Positions 11,705-26,480 of a stretch of 64,000 nt of DNA are shown piece by piece (within the stretch, counting starts at the first letter, position 1; each line of letters opens with the position of its first letter). The position numbers and the translations under genes are program-made. Source of the stretch: Phoronis australis (taxonomy: Eukaryota > Animalia > Phoronida); NCBI GenBank assembly GCA_002633005.1, contig NMRA01000198.1, positions 373,282-437,281 on the forward strand, read 5' to 3'. The notes under the pieces are model-generated. The model saw only the letters and a program-made list of their open reading frames with translations, had not been told where the DNA came from and made no database searches.

Positions 11705-14300
11705 CACTTAGCCAGGCGTGCCAGATTTTGATATAAAGTACGTTTATTGGTGAGAAAGCCGCAAATAAAGTTACGACTCTCTGAAAAAGTGAGCTTAGTT
11801 TTTACTCTTACCAAATCTACTGTGTTTTGCCAATCAGTCATATACAACTAGCTGGAATAGCTGTCGCTAATTCAATTCCAAGTCTAGTCAGTGCATTTAT
11901 GAACAACAAGTACCATTATCTTATCCTATATTTCCTATATGGAGTACTTGGATTGATTTAAAAATAATCACCAGTTCTTTGCATACTTTGGCATTTGTCA
12001 GCATGGTCGCATTAAACCATGGCATTATGTGTTTACACAACAGAAAGATTTTACACTGAATATTTGTTAATCTGTCATTTCATTTTCCTATCACTTTACG
12101 CAAAATAGAACCAGATCTTTCTGAAGCAAGATGCTATGTATGGACTTCCTCATGGGAGGGTATAGGTGGAACATGTCACATTTGACGTGGATGTTGGACC
12201 ATCTGAGGTACTTGAAGCCTTGATTTTGGGGTTGAATATTAGCCCCATTTCTCTATGAACAATATTTGAAAAGTGCACAAAATTACCCTCGTCAGGCCCC
12301 AAAATACCCCTACAATGATTAAAGAATTCCCCTTAAGGTTAGAGTCACTTCTATGCAAAGTGTTAGCTTTGGCTACTTGAGGTATTGACGATGACGGGTG
12401 GCTACTGAGTCTGGGGAATTATTGACCAGAAGGTGTTTTGTCATTCTGGTGCCATTGCGGCGTTGACTTGTGCAAAAGCAATGTTACATGGGTGGAGATA
12501 CTATACTAACTATACTACAAGAGTTGTGTAGATAGCCAAGTCATTGTCAAGTTAATTCCCATCCAAGACTGAATTTAAGTGTTCCCACCAGGACTCAACG
12601 CTTTGCGTAATGTTAACTCTGGCGACGTGGCAAAATTACCAGGTCGCCAAATGGGGAATGAGGTCATCAAACTTCACTGGCAAGAGCTGGAAACGAAATG
12701 TCTGAAGTGAAAATCTGGCGAACTCTGGAAATTTCCACCATTAAACCTTCTTTGACTTAATATCCTTGCGCTCAGACTCGCGTCCTGGGGCAAACAATCA
12801 TGATCGGGCCATTCCGATGTTGCGGAACAGTTCCGGCTTCCATTTGTTTACGATACTGTAATATTTTTAGTGCGTGCTTGGATGTGGAGTGGCGACTTTT
12901 GGCGACGTGGCATTTTTACCAGTCGTCAAACGAAAGCTGAGGTCACATTAGATACTCAGTGACTGACGCTCTCCTGAAAACTTTTTAGCAGTGTACGTTG
13001 GTAGGAAAGAAAAAAGGAGAAACACGTTAGCACTACTGTACTGGAGCCGTCTTGTCGTGTTGGCTCAGATGTGTCAATTTGTTGCCACTTCAGCAACAGT
13101 TTGATAAGGAATTAGTTCCTGTTCTCTTTGTGCCAGGAAATTGATACTCATAGACATAGTTGAGGCATGGTTGACTTGTCATCTTGGTACATTAACCTCT
13201 ACACTATTTCTGGTATTGAGGAAATGACAAATTAAAGACAAGATTATTTGAACTATCCCAAACACCACAGGTTCCTTTCTTGACAGTTCAGTTGTTTCTG
13301 TCATCATGGTATTGCACTCTACTGGTTTAGTCATTACTGTCTGTATACAGGTTGGAAGGGGGAATGCCTGAACATCCACAGCTGTGTTATGGGGACAAAG
13401 ACCTTGGGGCCATATTTGGTTTCCTTCCAAAACAATATACACAATTTCTTCAGGGCAGGTTTTGTGAAGTGGTGGTATTTTAATACCCATGGAAAGATTG
13501 CACTGGTTTCAAATCAGGAAAGAATTAGTGTTTGGAGTATATTCACTGATCTGTGACAGTGATCAGCATCTTTTAAAGGGCTCAGGTGAGTGACAGTGAT
13601 TTTGCACTATGCCTGTTCCACTTGCTTTCATAGCTAGCCTATAGTGTACATAAATGCCGTAAGTTAATTTTTTTGACGCATAACTGACAATTGACGCATA
13701 ACTGACAATTAACGTGAATGGGTGCTGCAGGAATGTCCTCCTCTGCTCCAGAGCAGATGGTTTCTCTGACCAGTCAGTCAGAAGTCACAGTCAACACAGT
13801 TCTGTGGCAAAGACAAAATTAATATCCTGGGCTGTTGCAAATGATTAAAATTGATGCCCTAGACCAGAGACCTTTTCATTGATTGAAATAATTATCACTG
13901 AAGTAAATGTCAAGGTAGTCAACACTTGCTTAGAAAAGTCTAGTCACAAGCGGAAGTGTGGACCTGTGATTTATAGCATTTTCATATGCCCAGTTCGCAC
14001 TAACAGAAATGCTGATGAGTACCTATCCCTGGGTGGAAGAGCATTTCTCTTGGTCATGAGTGCAGCCTTGTGTTTTCCCAAAGATACCCGGCCTATATGC
14101 TTGCAGATCCCGGTTGGTCATTAGGACTGGTCCCTGATATGAATGGAATGTAGTTCTTGCCACAGTCAATGTTCAAACATGTGTGTCCCATTAGCAGGAC
14201 CCGTGCATTAGGTCAGCATCTTGAACAGGCAATTTGAGGATAGTCGGTCTAGGCCTGGACTATCATACTGTTAACCCTGAACCAGCTATGATGTTTAATT

Positions 14301-14644
14301 TACAGTAAAAATTATCCAGTTTGGTACAGCCTAAAATTTGGGATTCTGAAATTCAAGATGAATTTGAATGTTCTTGATTCTAAAGATTGGGATGTGGTCA
14401 GTTTTGACGTTCATCACGGCATTTTGAACAACAGAGTCTGAAAATGGGCTCGAGTCATAAAATCGTAGAAAATAGCTGCCGACAAAATTTTCATGCGGCC
14501 CCATTGTTCTTTACATTGAGGCAAACGGACGTATGCCATTGATGGTCGTTCTTGAATTTGACGCAACCAGTATTGCCTATTTCTAAAATTTGGTACAAGC
14601 TCCAACCTAAGACAAAATAGTTAATTTTTCACTGTCCCAAATCC
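14301..14644 (-). mobile_element. MITE family copy 1 (TIR core CCAGTTTGGGACAG), opposite orientation to copies 2 and 3
   Basis: Begins TACAGTAAAAATTATCCAGTTTGGTACAG and ends CACTGTCCCAAATCC. Internal TTTCTAAAATTTGGTACAAGCTC is the reverse complement of GAGCTTGTACCAAATTTTAGAAA near 27797. Confidence 0.65.
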
Positions 14645-17014
14645 AAGTGCAAGTTACATGATTTTCCATGTTCAAGTTTTGTACCACGGCTACCATCAAA
14701 CATATTTTTGAAAAATTATTGGCGTTCACAACAAAGCCCTAGAAAAATGAACAGGGTCATTTGATGGCAATTATTTTGGTCTGAAATTGGTCAGATTTTA
14801 GCCTTGTTCTCAGGCAACTGTCAGCATTTTGACATGTTATGCTGTGTCATCAGTTAATTAAATGCCTTTCAGCTGTGAAGTGTGGAGTGTCTTGGATGTA
14901 ATCATCTCAACAAGAAAGATTTTCTGCCAAAAGAGTTAATTTTGTAGTGTGTGGCTTGATATGGGGATTATTCAAATCTGACAGTCAGGTATACTTATCC
15001 CCTAATGAGGTAGATATTTGGTTCTTTGGAAGTGTCACCATCTGTCGTCTGTTGTAGTTTCATTTGTACAATTAGGGATATCAATTGAGTTAGCTCTAAG
15101 TTTGTCAGTTTGGGAAATGTTGCCACTTTTAACATAGTTTGTATGGCATAGCTGTCACCAAACAACATTTGGTAAAATTTCAAGGATTCTCAGTGATGTA
15201 ATAAGCCTTTAAAAAACGGAAAATAATTTAAGATTTTACGTTTGTCCCAAATTGAATATTAAGTTGGTGTTAATTGTGTTTTGAATTGGCATGAAACTGA
15301 CAGCCAGGACACGATGAATTCTTGGTGTGGTGCGTGTTCTTTGGAACAATTTCAAAGACCAAAGTTGAATATCTTCCTTAAAAAATTAGAATTCACCTGT
15401 CTTTGCCTTGAAATTCTCATTGTTTTGCTATTACTCAAAAACTGATTCTCCTTCATAAAGTGGCATAGGCAATACATTGCCTGTGGATTCCATACTGGTG
15501 GTCCCTAGTATACTGAAGCCAAGTGATTAGTGAGATCCAGTTGGTTTTCTTGAATAACATTTTCATTTACAAAATGCTGTGAGTTCTCATACTGCCGCTG
15601 TGTCAAAGACTATGTTTATTAGTTCTATTCTTGAAGTAATGCAAAAATGAAGATATTTGCCTCATATATCAGCACATAAATTTGGCAGTATCAGTTGTAG
15701 CGTCTCCATCACCGTTTTTTGTTAAGCCATTAAAGACATTATCACCTTGTCCACAATTCAGGAAATCAGTTTAGAATTTAGTACTTCCTGTACTTGTACA
15801 AAAGTGTGATTACTGTATAGGTGGTTCGTCTAGAATTTCAAAAGTAGTGTGTCCAAGATGGGTCCCCCCTCCCCCCCTGTTTTCGTCCATGACTAATGAC
15901 TAGTGAATGCATATGACTACCGTCAATTGTCAATTTGCTGTTATTGTATGTTCCAGTGGAGTCATTGGTCTGGTGGACAGGCCAATGAGCTCCCAGAGAT
16001 GCTGTTGTCAAGTTATAAGATCCACCAATTCCTACTTGATTACTTTTCTGGGGCATCCTATTGCTAAATGGGGTATTGTCTTAGCGAGAGTGTCTAAATT
16101 TGAACCAGGGTGTCTATTTGGATGTCCTGGACACCCTCTAGATGAAGGCCTGGTACTATACTTGTGGTGTTCATCTTGTTTACTATCTGTGGTGAGAGAA
16201 TCTGTGAAATGACAGAGTGATAATGTTCCTAGTAATTATGTAAACGGAGCTCTCCTAATGGGCTCTATAGGCCAGTTTGTTTTTTCTAATTATAGAAGTG
16301 TGTAATTACTAAACCCATCTGTAATGGAATGATCAAACAGTCTAAGTTAACATAAGCCACAAATGAAATCCAGACTGTCTGTGTTCTGGCAACATTTGGA
16401 GTTCTTGGTAGGAAGATGAAAAGCATATGTGGTCAGTGTGAATGGTAGTTCTTAGGTGCTTACAAATCCTGTGCTCAGAAGTTGTGTGACAATACATTTG
16501 GGTATTTATATGTATTTCACGATGTTCAGTAATGAATCTTGATTTGTTTAATATGATTTTGCGATTTTCAGAAATAGTAATTTAACTTTTGAAATGAGTG
16601 AAGATTATTTTTTCATAGTTACGCTGCAGTATTGCTGACAATGAATTTTTATTTGTTTTTCTTCATTTTGTTTTCCTTCATTTTCACTTTCATAAATGTG
16701 GAGTGGAACCAGCAATGTTCTGCACTAGAGATTATTCGAACATGATGGCAATTATGAAATGTTCAAAAATCCATATTCACACTGTGAGAGTTTGTATATC
16801 TAAAGCCTAGGAATCAATGCACTGGTCTAGTGCCAATTGTTCAAAATGTATTAATTGTATTTAATAAATGACTGTACAGTAAAATCTCACAAATTCGGGA
16901 CAAAAAATTGTCTTGTGATAGTGTGGAACTTGGAATATGGAAATGCACCGGTTCGGTGCTATGTATCTTTCGTGGAAAAATGAGAAAGTAACATTTCACT
17001 TGTTTGCCATATGG

Positions 17015-17195
17015 TGTCTTCATGTGGTGAGATGTTACCAGATATATTTTTACCTCTCTGACACACCAAAAATATATGGGGGTGACCATACATCTTCATG
17101 ATGGGAGTTTACCAAATATCATATTTTTACCTCTCTTGCGCACCAAAAATATATGGAAACGAGTCACCATGCGTCTTTATGATGGGTGTTTGCCC
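17015..17195. repeat. Diverged ~80-bp tandem repeat (about 2 units)
   Basis: ATATTTTTACCTCTCT...CACCAAAAATATATGG...ACCAT...TCTT.ATGATGGG.GTTT occurs twice. Confidence 0.7.
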
Positions 17196-19038
17196 AGTTG
17201 GAATTATGTTCCTAAAAAGGTTTATTTAAACATCTGCTTGACCCAATGATTGACTGTAAAGGTGAACTACGCCTTGTTGCTGACTGACATCTCTAATCAC
17301 TCTTCATTTTGGGAAACCCTACAACTTCTATGGAAGTAAAATTGTGTCTCACAATGAAGGCTCATAGGCCTATTGGGAAAGGTTTCCAAATATAGGCTTA
17401 TGGGAATTGGGAGGGCCTGTTTGCAGAAATTTCCAATGAGTTGTGTTTCCAAAGCAGTACTGATGTGAGTTTGGGCAGGGTTCCCCCTATACCCAAGTTA
17501 CTGCGCGTGTATGCTGACCACATAGGCACTTAAATGACGTTGACCCCAAACTCGTTCTTCCCGGTGTTGTCCGCACCCTTTACCCCTTGAAAAGAAAACC
17601 TGTCAGTGTCAAGTCTCAGTTAATATTCGACATCACAAATTGTGAGCTGAAAATTGGTAAAGTTTGTTCTGAATTAGGAGAGGTTCATTATGAAGATAAA
17701 AATTTAAACCTTGAGTTCATATTGCATGTTTGAGACAGCTCAACTCAATTCAGTTTTATCCCCTGGGTAATTTTTAACGGGTATTAAAATACCGTCGGAC
17801 TGGCTCACGTTATTGAGAGACTGTCGCCTTTGCTGCCGAAAAATATTCTTCTATTCATTGTTTTGACATCGTCACTTGCAGACGATAAGCGGCCGCACCT
17901 CCCCCCTACACAGTTGAACATTTCATTGCGGCAAAAGGGTGATTTCAGAGGGAAGTGACTGACATGAAATGGAACATTGGCTTGTTATTTTTTGGACTCT
18001 GAATCGAAGTACAAAGGTTGTTTTCAATGCGACTTTATTGGAGGTGACTGTGAGTCGACACGCGAGTAGGTGTCTCGAAAGTAATTTTTATTGATAAGTT
18101 GCAAAAGCATGTGCCTAGTTGGCGAATGGACTTAGCTATGCCATCACCAGTGCCACTCAGAATTTGCCAATGGTAAGCTGGGAGCTGCTACGAGTCTAGA
18201 TAAGTATTTGCTAAACCAAAGGTCATTTGCTTCAAGTAATTGGAGTTTAAAGAGATTCATTGAATGTCACTCTTTTGTCAGTACTATGTTGTTATTACTG
18301 CCTCAACTGAACACCTTCAACAAGGATCTATTGATTCCTTCCTATATACATTCCAGGCATCTCAATGTTATACAATGTTCCTATGGGTAAATATGACTAC
18401 CTTCCATATAAGGGCATATGATGTCACTGGGGTCAGGTTAACAGGTAGGCCAGGTTGGGGTCAGACTTTCCTGGGTGATCCACTGTGACTAATCCTTTTA
18501 TGACTAATAGTTCAGAAGTTAGAGCTACTGTAGTTAAGTCTTGTGTATTGGAGTTGGATCAAGTTTCTCTAATTTTTTGGTTTTATAATCTGTTGATGGT
18601 TAGTCCTAATCTAGTGAAGTGTTTGGCACATGGATGTGATTAGAGGTATGGCTAATGGTTTGTTTACAATAAATTACTTGGCAGGTGTCTAGGTTTTTGT
18701 TTGCGATGTCTTCAATTGTTTTGAAGTTTGCCAGAAGGTGTGAACAGAACAGTACTTAGGATTTCAAAGTTTAACTGTACTTACCACAATACATTGGGCA
18801 AATTGTCTGCTATTTTCAACCTGGGAAATTCACAGATGGTTGAACCTATTGAAATCGTGCAAACCTTTTAAGATTTTAGATTGAGTGTCAGGTTTCTGGA
18901 TGTAGTGATGATGACCAGTAGTGATGTTTATTAGCTAATTGTATAATATGTAATGTTTCCCATGGTTTCATTTATGCCAGACAGCTGCTACCAGAAACCA
19001 TGCATGTGCGGTAAATAACAGAACTTGCCATGTTATCA

Positions 19039-19183
19039 CATGGATGGCGCAGCTCTGAAAAAAGTGGGGGGCTAAAGCCCATTCAGTCGCCCTATGGTGC
19101 ATCACCTATAGACCATGTGCGGCATAGCACTGAAAAAAGTGGGGGGCTATAGCCCCCCAGCCCCCTATGGTGCGCTGCCCATG
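19039..19183. repeat. Head-to-tail pair of ~70-bp MITE-like units
   Basis: CTGAAAAAAGTGGGGGGCTA.AGCCC...CCCTATGGTGC occurs twice. The second unit has CATG..CGGC / GCTGCCCATG inverted ends. Confidence 0.65.
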
Positions 19184-22100
19184 TATTATGCCTCTATTTA
19201 TTGTTACGGTGATATGAAGGGGAAAATATAACTTTCGCACTGGAACAGTTACATGGATTGAATAACAGTCTCAAGTATTTCCGTCCAATGTGAAAGTTGA
19301 TTTAGACTGGTCATAGGACTGTAATAAAGTGTGAGTGCAAGTGGACCGAACTTGTTCCGACTACCGTACATAAATGCAGTGCAAAAGCTTTAGACCAGAT
19401 TATTTTCTCTACCATCTTTAATTATTTAATCAAACCCTCCGTGGTCTGCCTTTCAGTTTGCTATGGTTCAGTTTCTGGACTTAACAGTTGTAATCGGAAC
19501 GAACATGAAAGCGTTGTACCGTACAAACTTAGCATACCGTATAAAAAGGTTGACCCATTTTGAAATTAGAATTCCACGTAACTTAAATAAGAGGCGACTA
19601 AAGTCACCTACAGCCAACTTACACCCCATGTTTATCTAAAATAGTATACAGGATTGTCCAACAATCTCAGTGTATGTTAATTTTGGAGTTTTGTCTGAGG
19701 GGTAAAGTTGGTGACTGTTTCATAGTCTGAAGATGAATCAGTTCAGGCAGCACCGCATAACAAGTCTATGACAACTAGTTTACAAACAATTTTGGTCTAA
19801 CTGAAAACATGTGGAAAAGTCAGATCTCAGGTGGAGGCATTGTCTAAAAGTCCTGGTATGTAGGCCACTCTGACCTCCCATAACCAGTCATAGTTACTGT
19901 ATTCCCTGTCTGCTCAGTACTGCCCTGACCTTTTGCTGACTGGCTGTGGTTTGTTCTGGCATTCATTATGTTTGGTGTGTATTGGATCAAAATGCACCCT
20001 GTATTGATTACAGGACATGATCTTTTTTCATGTAGTGAACATTGATTGCTTCATTAGTCCAAGCTTGTTGATTTTTTAATCAGCTTTTATGTGGTGGTAA
20101 CTGTGTTTTATTGAGGTTTTCTATTGAAGGGGTTGGTCGGGGACTTGTCCATAACTCGGCTGTGGATTTTGGCTCCTTGGGTATGGGTTTCGCATTCATC
20201 TTGCGTCTTCCGCATCTGTAAAACTTGTATGGCAATTCTTTACTACTTTTGTCAATCGTCGCCACAGAAATAGATATTAGAAAAATCCAGTCTATTAGTA
20301 GAAGGGTTTGTGCAGTGTAGATGTCATAGAAAGATCAAAACATTTAGTACAATTTCTGTGACTTGTAACAAGGTAATTTGAAAAATGGAAACTTGCAATT
20401 TTGAAAAATTTTATTTTTGTATGAAGTAAGTGGAGACTTACAGAATGGTCAAGGGTTTTTCATCATTTGGTAATGTCTAAGGTATCCGTGTGGTCTAGGT
20501 TTTGAATAGGTGTGGTGCACACCTAGACCCCTTCTGTCTAATATGTGCAAGCGGACAATATACTGTGTCTAATTTTGTTTTTTATGTTTCCACGGTTTCA
20601 AATTTTAGTTTTAACTCCACAATGTTATTGGTACTACCTTGTTGATGTTAATCTAATCTATGTTGTGCCTAACTTCTTATGGTGGTTCTATTCTTTGGAA
20701 GGTGGTGATATCTTGGGTTTATACTTTTATCCTAGGGTTAGGCTAGCACTATTGAGAAGATTGCTTCCACCGTGACTAGATGGCAGTTGATACTGAACAC
20801 AATGATGCAGCATGAGTGAGGAAGAATTTATAACAAACTGATATCACCAAGTCAAGTTGGACCATGTCAAATTTTCTTTCCATGCACTTTTGTGCCACCA
20901 TGTATTGGATTCTCAAACACTTTAGTTGTCCCCCCATTTCTGTTCAATTTCAGTTTGGCCTGCTTTCCACATTTAACACACTGTATTCTCCAGTCACTGA
21001 TTTGCTTCAGTGAGTCACTAATGCTGTTTGTCTTAGAAGGATGTGGGTGGGTGAGCATCCCTATCCAGGATTGTAAGGAAAATTGAACTTTAGATGTGCA
21101 TGCCAGCACATTGTCATGGCCTTTAAATGTTTATGTATTGGATGTTGATGCACTGACCCTGAGGGTAACTAGCTTAAAAGTACAATGAATTTTATCAGGG
21201 GAACTTATAATTTTCAACCATGGTTTTACATGTGAAAAGAAACATTGAATGTTACTTTGTAACAACTGAATCAGTTTCTAGTACTAATATTACCCTTCTG
21301 TGCAATAACTTCTGTTCAGTAATGTTGAAGATTGGAAATTTTATTGGTTGTCATCAATGACCAAACAGGCACATCATGGTTTTGATGACATGTCTCTAAT
21401 CTCACAATTGGTTTTTAAAAACTTGTCACGTTTTGAGCATCTGGGAATAATCACCATAGCTATTGAAGCAAATTGCCAGGTTGTGGGGAGGGGGGGAGGG
21501 GCTATTTCTGGACTGAATAATCACCAGGCAGTCATAGGTGTGGGATAATTCTTTATTAATCCTTAAACAAATAAAAATGTATTATTTTTGTTTATGAACA
21601 GGTGTACACAAAAATACACTAGATTTAAGGTGCAGTAAAAAGCTCTTAAAGGGAATCTCTCACTGCGCAGTAGTAGCCCAACACTCTTATCACTGAGCCA
21701 AATCCCATGCGTTAATTAGCTGCTGACTATTAAGTGTATTTAAATGGCAAAGACACTAACCTTGATTTTAGTGACTGGCAGACTGGCAAGAATTGTCAAT
21801 TTGTATTTCAGTCACAAAAACGTCTGATTTTGTTGTTTTATAACTCTGCTCAAGGTTAAAATAACATAAAGATGTCTATCCCATCCAACAATAGTCACAA
21901 AACTATGTTCTTTGGTTGTAAAATCGATAATATCCCTTTGACTTCTTAGTTTTCCTTGAAATTTCAGAAGTTAGAGGCAAGCAAAAGTACGGTTGCAGGT
22001 AAAATTAAAGTTCTATCCCTGTTAGCTCTTTGTGTCAGAATTCTTGGAATTCGTTGGATCTGTGTCTTAAAGACGATGACTTTGTTCCTTGTGGCCACTA

Positions 22101-23329
22101 GAAAATATTTTTGAGCGTAGTGTTGTTATTGGAATGGTATTATGTTTATTTGGCATGACATCACTTAGTTCAGTTGGAAAGTAATAAAACCCTTGATAAA
22201 ATCTAAAGGCATTGTTATGTTGGTGGGCCAGCACACTCAAAAAGGCTGATGAGAACTCTGATGATGTATAAAGTTGTTATATAAGCCATGTTCTGGCGTC
22301 AAAAAACTACTATCGTCACAAGCATACAGTGCAGGATGAAGATTATCATTTGAAAATACATTTTCTCTGTCATGACAGTTTATTCTGGTAACTGTAGAAA
22401 TGACTGCTAATGACTGTTGGGGCAAAAATCCAATTATGGTTTAGTCAACTGTCAAACTTTCTCTTTGTTGAGGTAATTTCCCTTCATTCTCCATCGATAG
22501 GGACAGGTACTATATAATGACAATGAATTTGGCGTCTGCTCTGCTATCATGACGCAGAATTCTGGGTCACTTTGTCTGAATAGTTTTGGCGTGTACTGTA
22601 TTTGCATTTCTGCAGCAGCGTCACCATATTCTTATCCTGTGTTTGAACTAAGGTTATAACAAAAGGCCAAGAATTCCAGCGACAGTGCATTACTTCAGCA
22701 GCTGAAACTATTAACTGCCATGATAAGTATTGGTAATGACCCAGGTCAGAAGCTATATAACAAACTCTCAGCACTTCTCAAGCCTAGAAACCATTTTTAA
22801 TGTGAGTTACAAAAAAGATTAAACACGTGTTATAACTGAATTGTGAGTTGTTTTTTGACACAGCGTTTGGTTGCACCTTTAACAGCAGTGTGTATTCTTT
22901 ACCTCATAGTCTCATTAATTTTTAATTCTCATGAACTGAAGTGCTGCACTAAATTAGCCATTACCTTTGTAGACCTTGAAAAGGGCAATGAATGCCTCAC
23001 TATCTAATATATCTTGTAAACACCATTCTGTTGACATTGTGGAATGCGTAATTGGTTATCTTACACAAAAATAACCAAAATCCTGGACTTTGGGGTGGCA
23101 ACTCCCACCTGCAATTTTAATTAATAGGTGGCTCTAAAATGCAGAGATATCTAAACCCCTCAGTAGGGGTTGGTGCTAACGTCCCGCAAATTAAGGCAGT
23201 TGTTTCGCAATTTTGCCATTGATATAAATTGACTTTTCATCAATTTTCGGTGACATGAGTAATTCGTTTTTAACAACCGGGTATCAAAATGGGTTATATT
23301 TTCAAACTGGGATGTCTTTATTAGTCTAC

Positions 23330-23660
23330 ATTTGAGCAAACCAGGTATTGGTATGTCTGCCGCTCTGTGCCAACATAATGTATGGATGTATCATCAACCA
23401 TGGGTAGGGAAGTATAAATGTTTGTCACATTCTTAAATGATGGACTACTCCTCTTATCCTTGTATGATTTATTAAGGCCTCCCAGGTCAAGTGTGACTGC
23501 CTCAGTGGGGATTATCTTCACACTGTGTTCACCTTTATTTGTCCTGAACTCTATTGTTATCAGTGGTGATTTCGTATGGAACAGCAGGTTGACCTGGTGG
23601 TTTTCAATGAATCACTTTGTTTTGCAAAAGTATTGTTAATTTGTTGTGGAACATTGACAG
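23330..23660 (-). mobile_element. Possible highly decayed retroelement reverse-transcriptase fragment
   Basis: The minus-strand peptide SFKNVTNIYTSLP resembles RT motif A of Penelope-like elements (SFDV..LYTSIP). The rest is weak. Confidence 0.3.
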
Positions 23661-25837
23661 CCATGCTGAAGTGTCACCTTGTGCGATGGCAATTGTTTGA
23701 TCGAGAACCACTTTTTCAAACCATAAATGGAGCTTGTTAATCACATCCCCAAATACCATGGCTCCTCTCTGATTCTATGATATTTACCCAAAATACTGTA
23801 TACTCTGTTTTAATGACTTCATGCAGTTAGGCATGCATGTAGGGTTCATGAGGTTTAACCCACCTTAGATTACTTAATTTTATCTAACCCACACTTGTGT
23901 GTGAATCTCAATGAATTTCTCAATACAAAAATTCTTTGTCTGTATCTGCACTTTTAGTTTGCATGTTTTTGACTGGTTTTGATAGCGTGGTCTCCGCCTT
24001 CATCCAAAATATGTCCAGAGCTCTAAACAGGCACCTCGACTCAAATTTAGACATCTTAGTTGGGATTCCCTGTTCAGCATTTGGATGCCGAAGTGAAGTT
24101 TAGCAAGTAGGCATTGGTGTCTCTTTACTTGCTGACAACAGCTGTTTGAGCTCCGTGGCCTGTTCAGAGTAAAAAAATTAGGTATGATAAGGCACAACGT
24201 CTCCATAGTTTTGACTGGTAGGGACACTTTACTTCAGTCTTGGATCGAAGTTAACCGCGCGAGTTTACTGCAAAGTAAATAGGTGAATTAACAGTGAAGT
24301 GTTGATGCATTCGCTAAAGTGGGAAACGCTTAACTTTGATGCCACCAAATTTATCAGCATGGGTCGGGTCAGTACGTTTGCCAAAAAGTGGTCGGTTGTT
24401 AATATTTGGTAATACTTTGTAATTTTGTCAGTGTAGCAGTATTTTTTACGGTTTCCAAAAAAATCACTGAATGTACGCAAGATGAGTTCCCGCCATGTTA
24501 CCTTCGCTCATATCAGCTGTTACTCGAGCTTCTTTGACATGTCTTCTGCTTCATCGTCGTCATCATTCCAACATGGCATCTGTTAGCTGCCCTGTGAAAT
24601 TGACGATCTGTTGTCCATATGGATAGAAGGCTAGGTACTTGCCATTATTATCGCCAGTTACGCTGCTGAATTACTGATGTTACTCGTAATGCTTAACTTT
24701 TTGGTTAACCACCTTTAACATCGAATCTTTGATAGTAGTGGAGTTAACTTTATAGGAATGGATCATATAACAGCAATTTTTACTTGAATGCATCAAATGC
24801 AGTCACGTGTCATTGATCTCGGACTCTTTGAAAAAATAGGAACCCCATTTCGGATGTCCTGTTTTTGAAATCTTGAATGAACTCTTGGTGGTCTCACTTT
24901 CGTAGTATCCTGTCTTTTTGCAAATGCTTAATTAATGTAAATATTTTCTTGATTAATAAACTAGCTGTCCATCCACAGTGTTCAAAGCAGTTTGTGTTGC
25001 TCTAACAAATTTCTTATCTCCAAGTTATTCACTGTTTCTTCACAGTGCATGCATGGTTAACAGCCTTTGTCTCTATTTGAGTTTCTGTAAAAGAATAGCC
25101 AAAGGGATTCCTTATAGTTAATGGTGATCAGTCAGCCTTGTCTTTGAGTTGTTGTGTAAGGTGCTAATGGAAGTGAATGAAGTTAGCCTGGTCAAAGGTT
25201 CAGCCTTGTAAAACTAACACACTCTGTAAACAGCTGTTATTCAGTAAATTGGATCACATCTGCGAAGGCTGCACATTCTGTTTTATGTGTTGCAAATTTG
25301 TTTTAAAATTTCAGTTCTTGAAGTTGTAATGGCATACATATTCTGCAAAGCAAATTAAAAACTGGGAACTCCTGATAACCTACATTTTGGAAAGACAAAA
25401 ATAAGGCCTGTAACTTGTCATTCATAGAGCAGAGAATGAATTCCCTTTGACATGGTGTCATTCTGTGGCAAAGCGTGCTTGCCTGAAATTCTGTGACATT
25501 TTGAAAATTCTATCAGGCATTTATTGTTATCTGCTGAACCAAGTAAAATAGGATTTTAGGTTTTGTTGGATTTACAATTATTTCATACTGCATCACGTGG
25601 TTCTTTTTTCCTCAAATTGTAAAGTTATGGGCTTCATCATTATCAGTGACAAAATATTTAGTCTCGCATATGTGACAAAAGCAAAGTTGATGTGACTTAT
25701 ACTTGCAAGAACCACCAAAAAGCTGTCGTGACAATTTTGGATGTTTTGAAAATTTTGATATGTGACAAATTGTTACTTGCCATTAAATGCGAGTCCATTC
25801 ACTTTGTGTTGTTTTAGACTCTCATTCCGTCCCATCA

Positions 25838-25984
25838 ATGGTCATGGAGCGGTTGAAGAGGACATTTAGCTTTCGCAAGTCCAAACGGAAGGACAAAAAC
25901 AAGGTGCCAGAAAGCAGCAAGCCTCATCAGTGGCAGGAGGATGAACGTAAAGTGCGTGACGGAACGTGCAGCTTCCAAGTGTGG
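25838..25984 (+). CDS. numb: Numb coding exon 1 (MVMERLKRTFSFRKSKRKDKNKVPESSKPHQWQEDERKVRDGTCSFQVW)
   Basis: Acceptor gttttag| at 25817/25818; ATG at 25838 (or 25844); donor TGG|gtgagt; 147 nt, phase 0. VPESSKPHQWQ.DE..VR.G.CSF is the Numb N-terminal signature. Confidence 0.95.
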
Positions 25985-26480
25985 GTGAGTACAGAGTGTG
26001 GGGTGTGTGCTGATGGGTTGATGGTGCACTATCTGTGCCTCATCTACAGTAACCTGCAGTAGTGGTGGGAAGACTGTGGTGGGTCACCGGGTGCACTCTC
26101 AGGAAGACGTTTACGGGACGTTCTGCTCGGCTGGGTGATTTGCTCACGCCTGTTCCCTGTGAAGGAGCATACTAATTCGGGTCTATTTTTGCTGCAATTC
26201 TATAGGTTTTGTATTTTATTGCAGTTGTTGTGTTCAGGGCTTGGAATTTTCCGCGGAAACGCAGATTTCCGCTTTTTTCAAATGCTCTGTCCGCGCATTT
26301 TATTATATTTCGCGTAAAAAAAAATCGGATTTGATATAAAATTTCCACGGCAAATTCCTTTCTTACCGTGGCGTTGCAGACGACGTTCACCTTGAAAAGC
26401 GGAAGTTGCTCTTTATGTTTCGGAGGAACGTAAAATGTCAACATTGCCGGGGCATCTGGGTAAGCGTGGTGGGATTTTCA

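Noticed and set aside
14011-14045. CTGATGAG...GAAG hammerhead-like string; similar CTGATGA strings near 8835 and 32284
   Set aside because: The GAAA core or the helices are missing.
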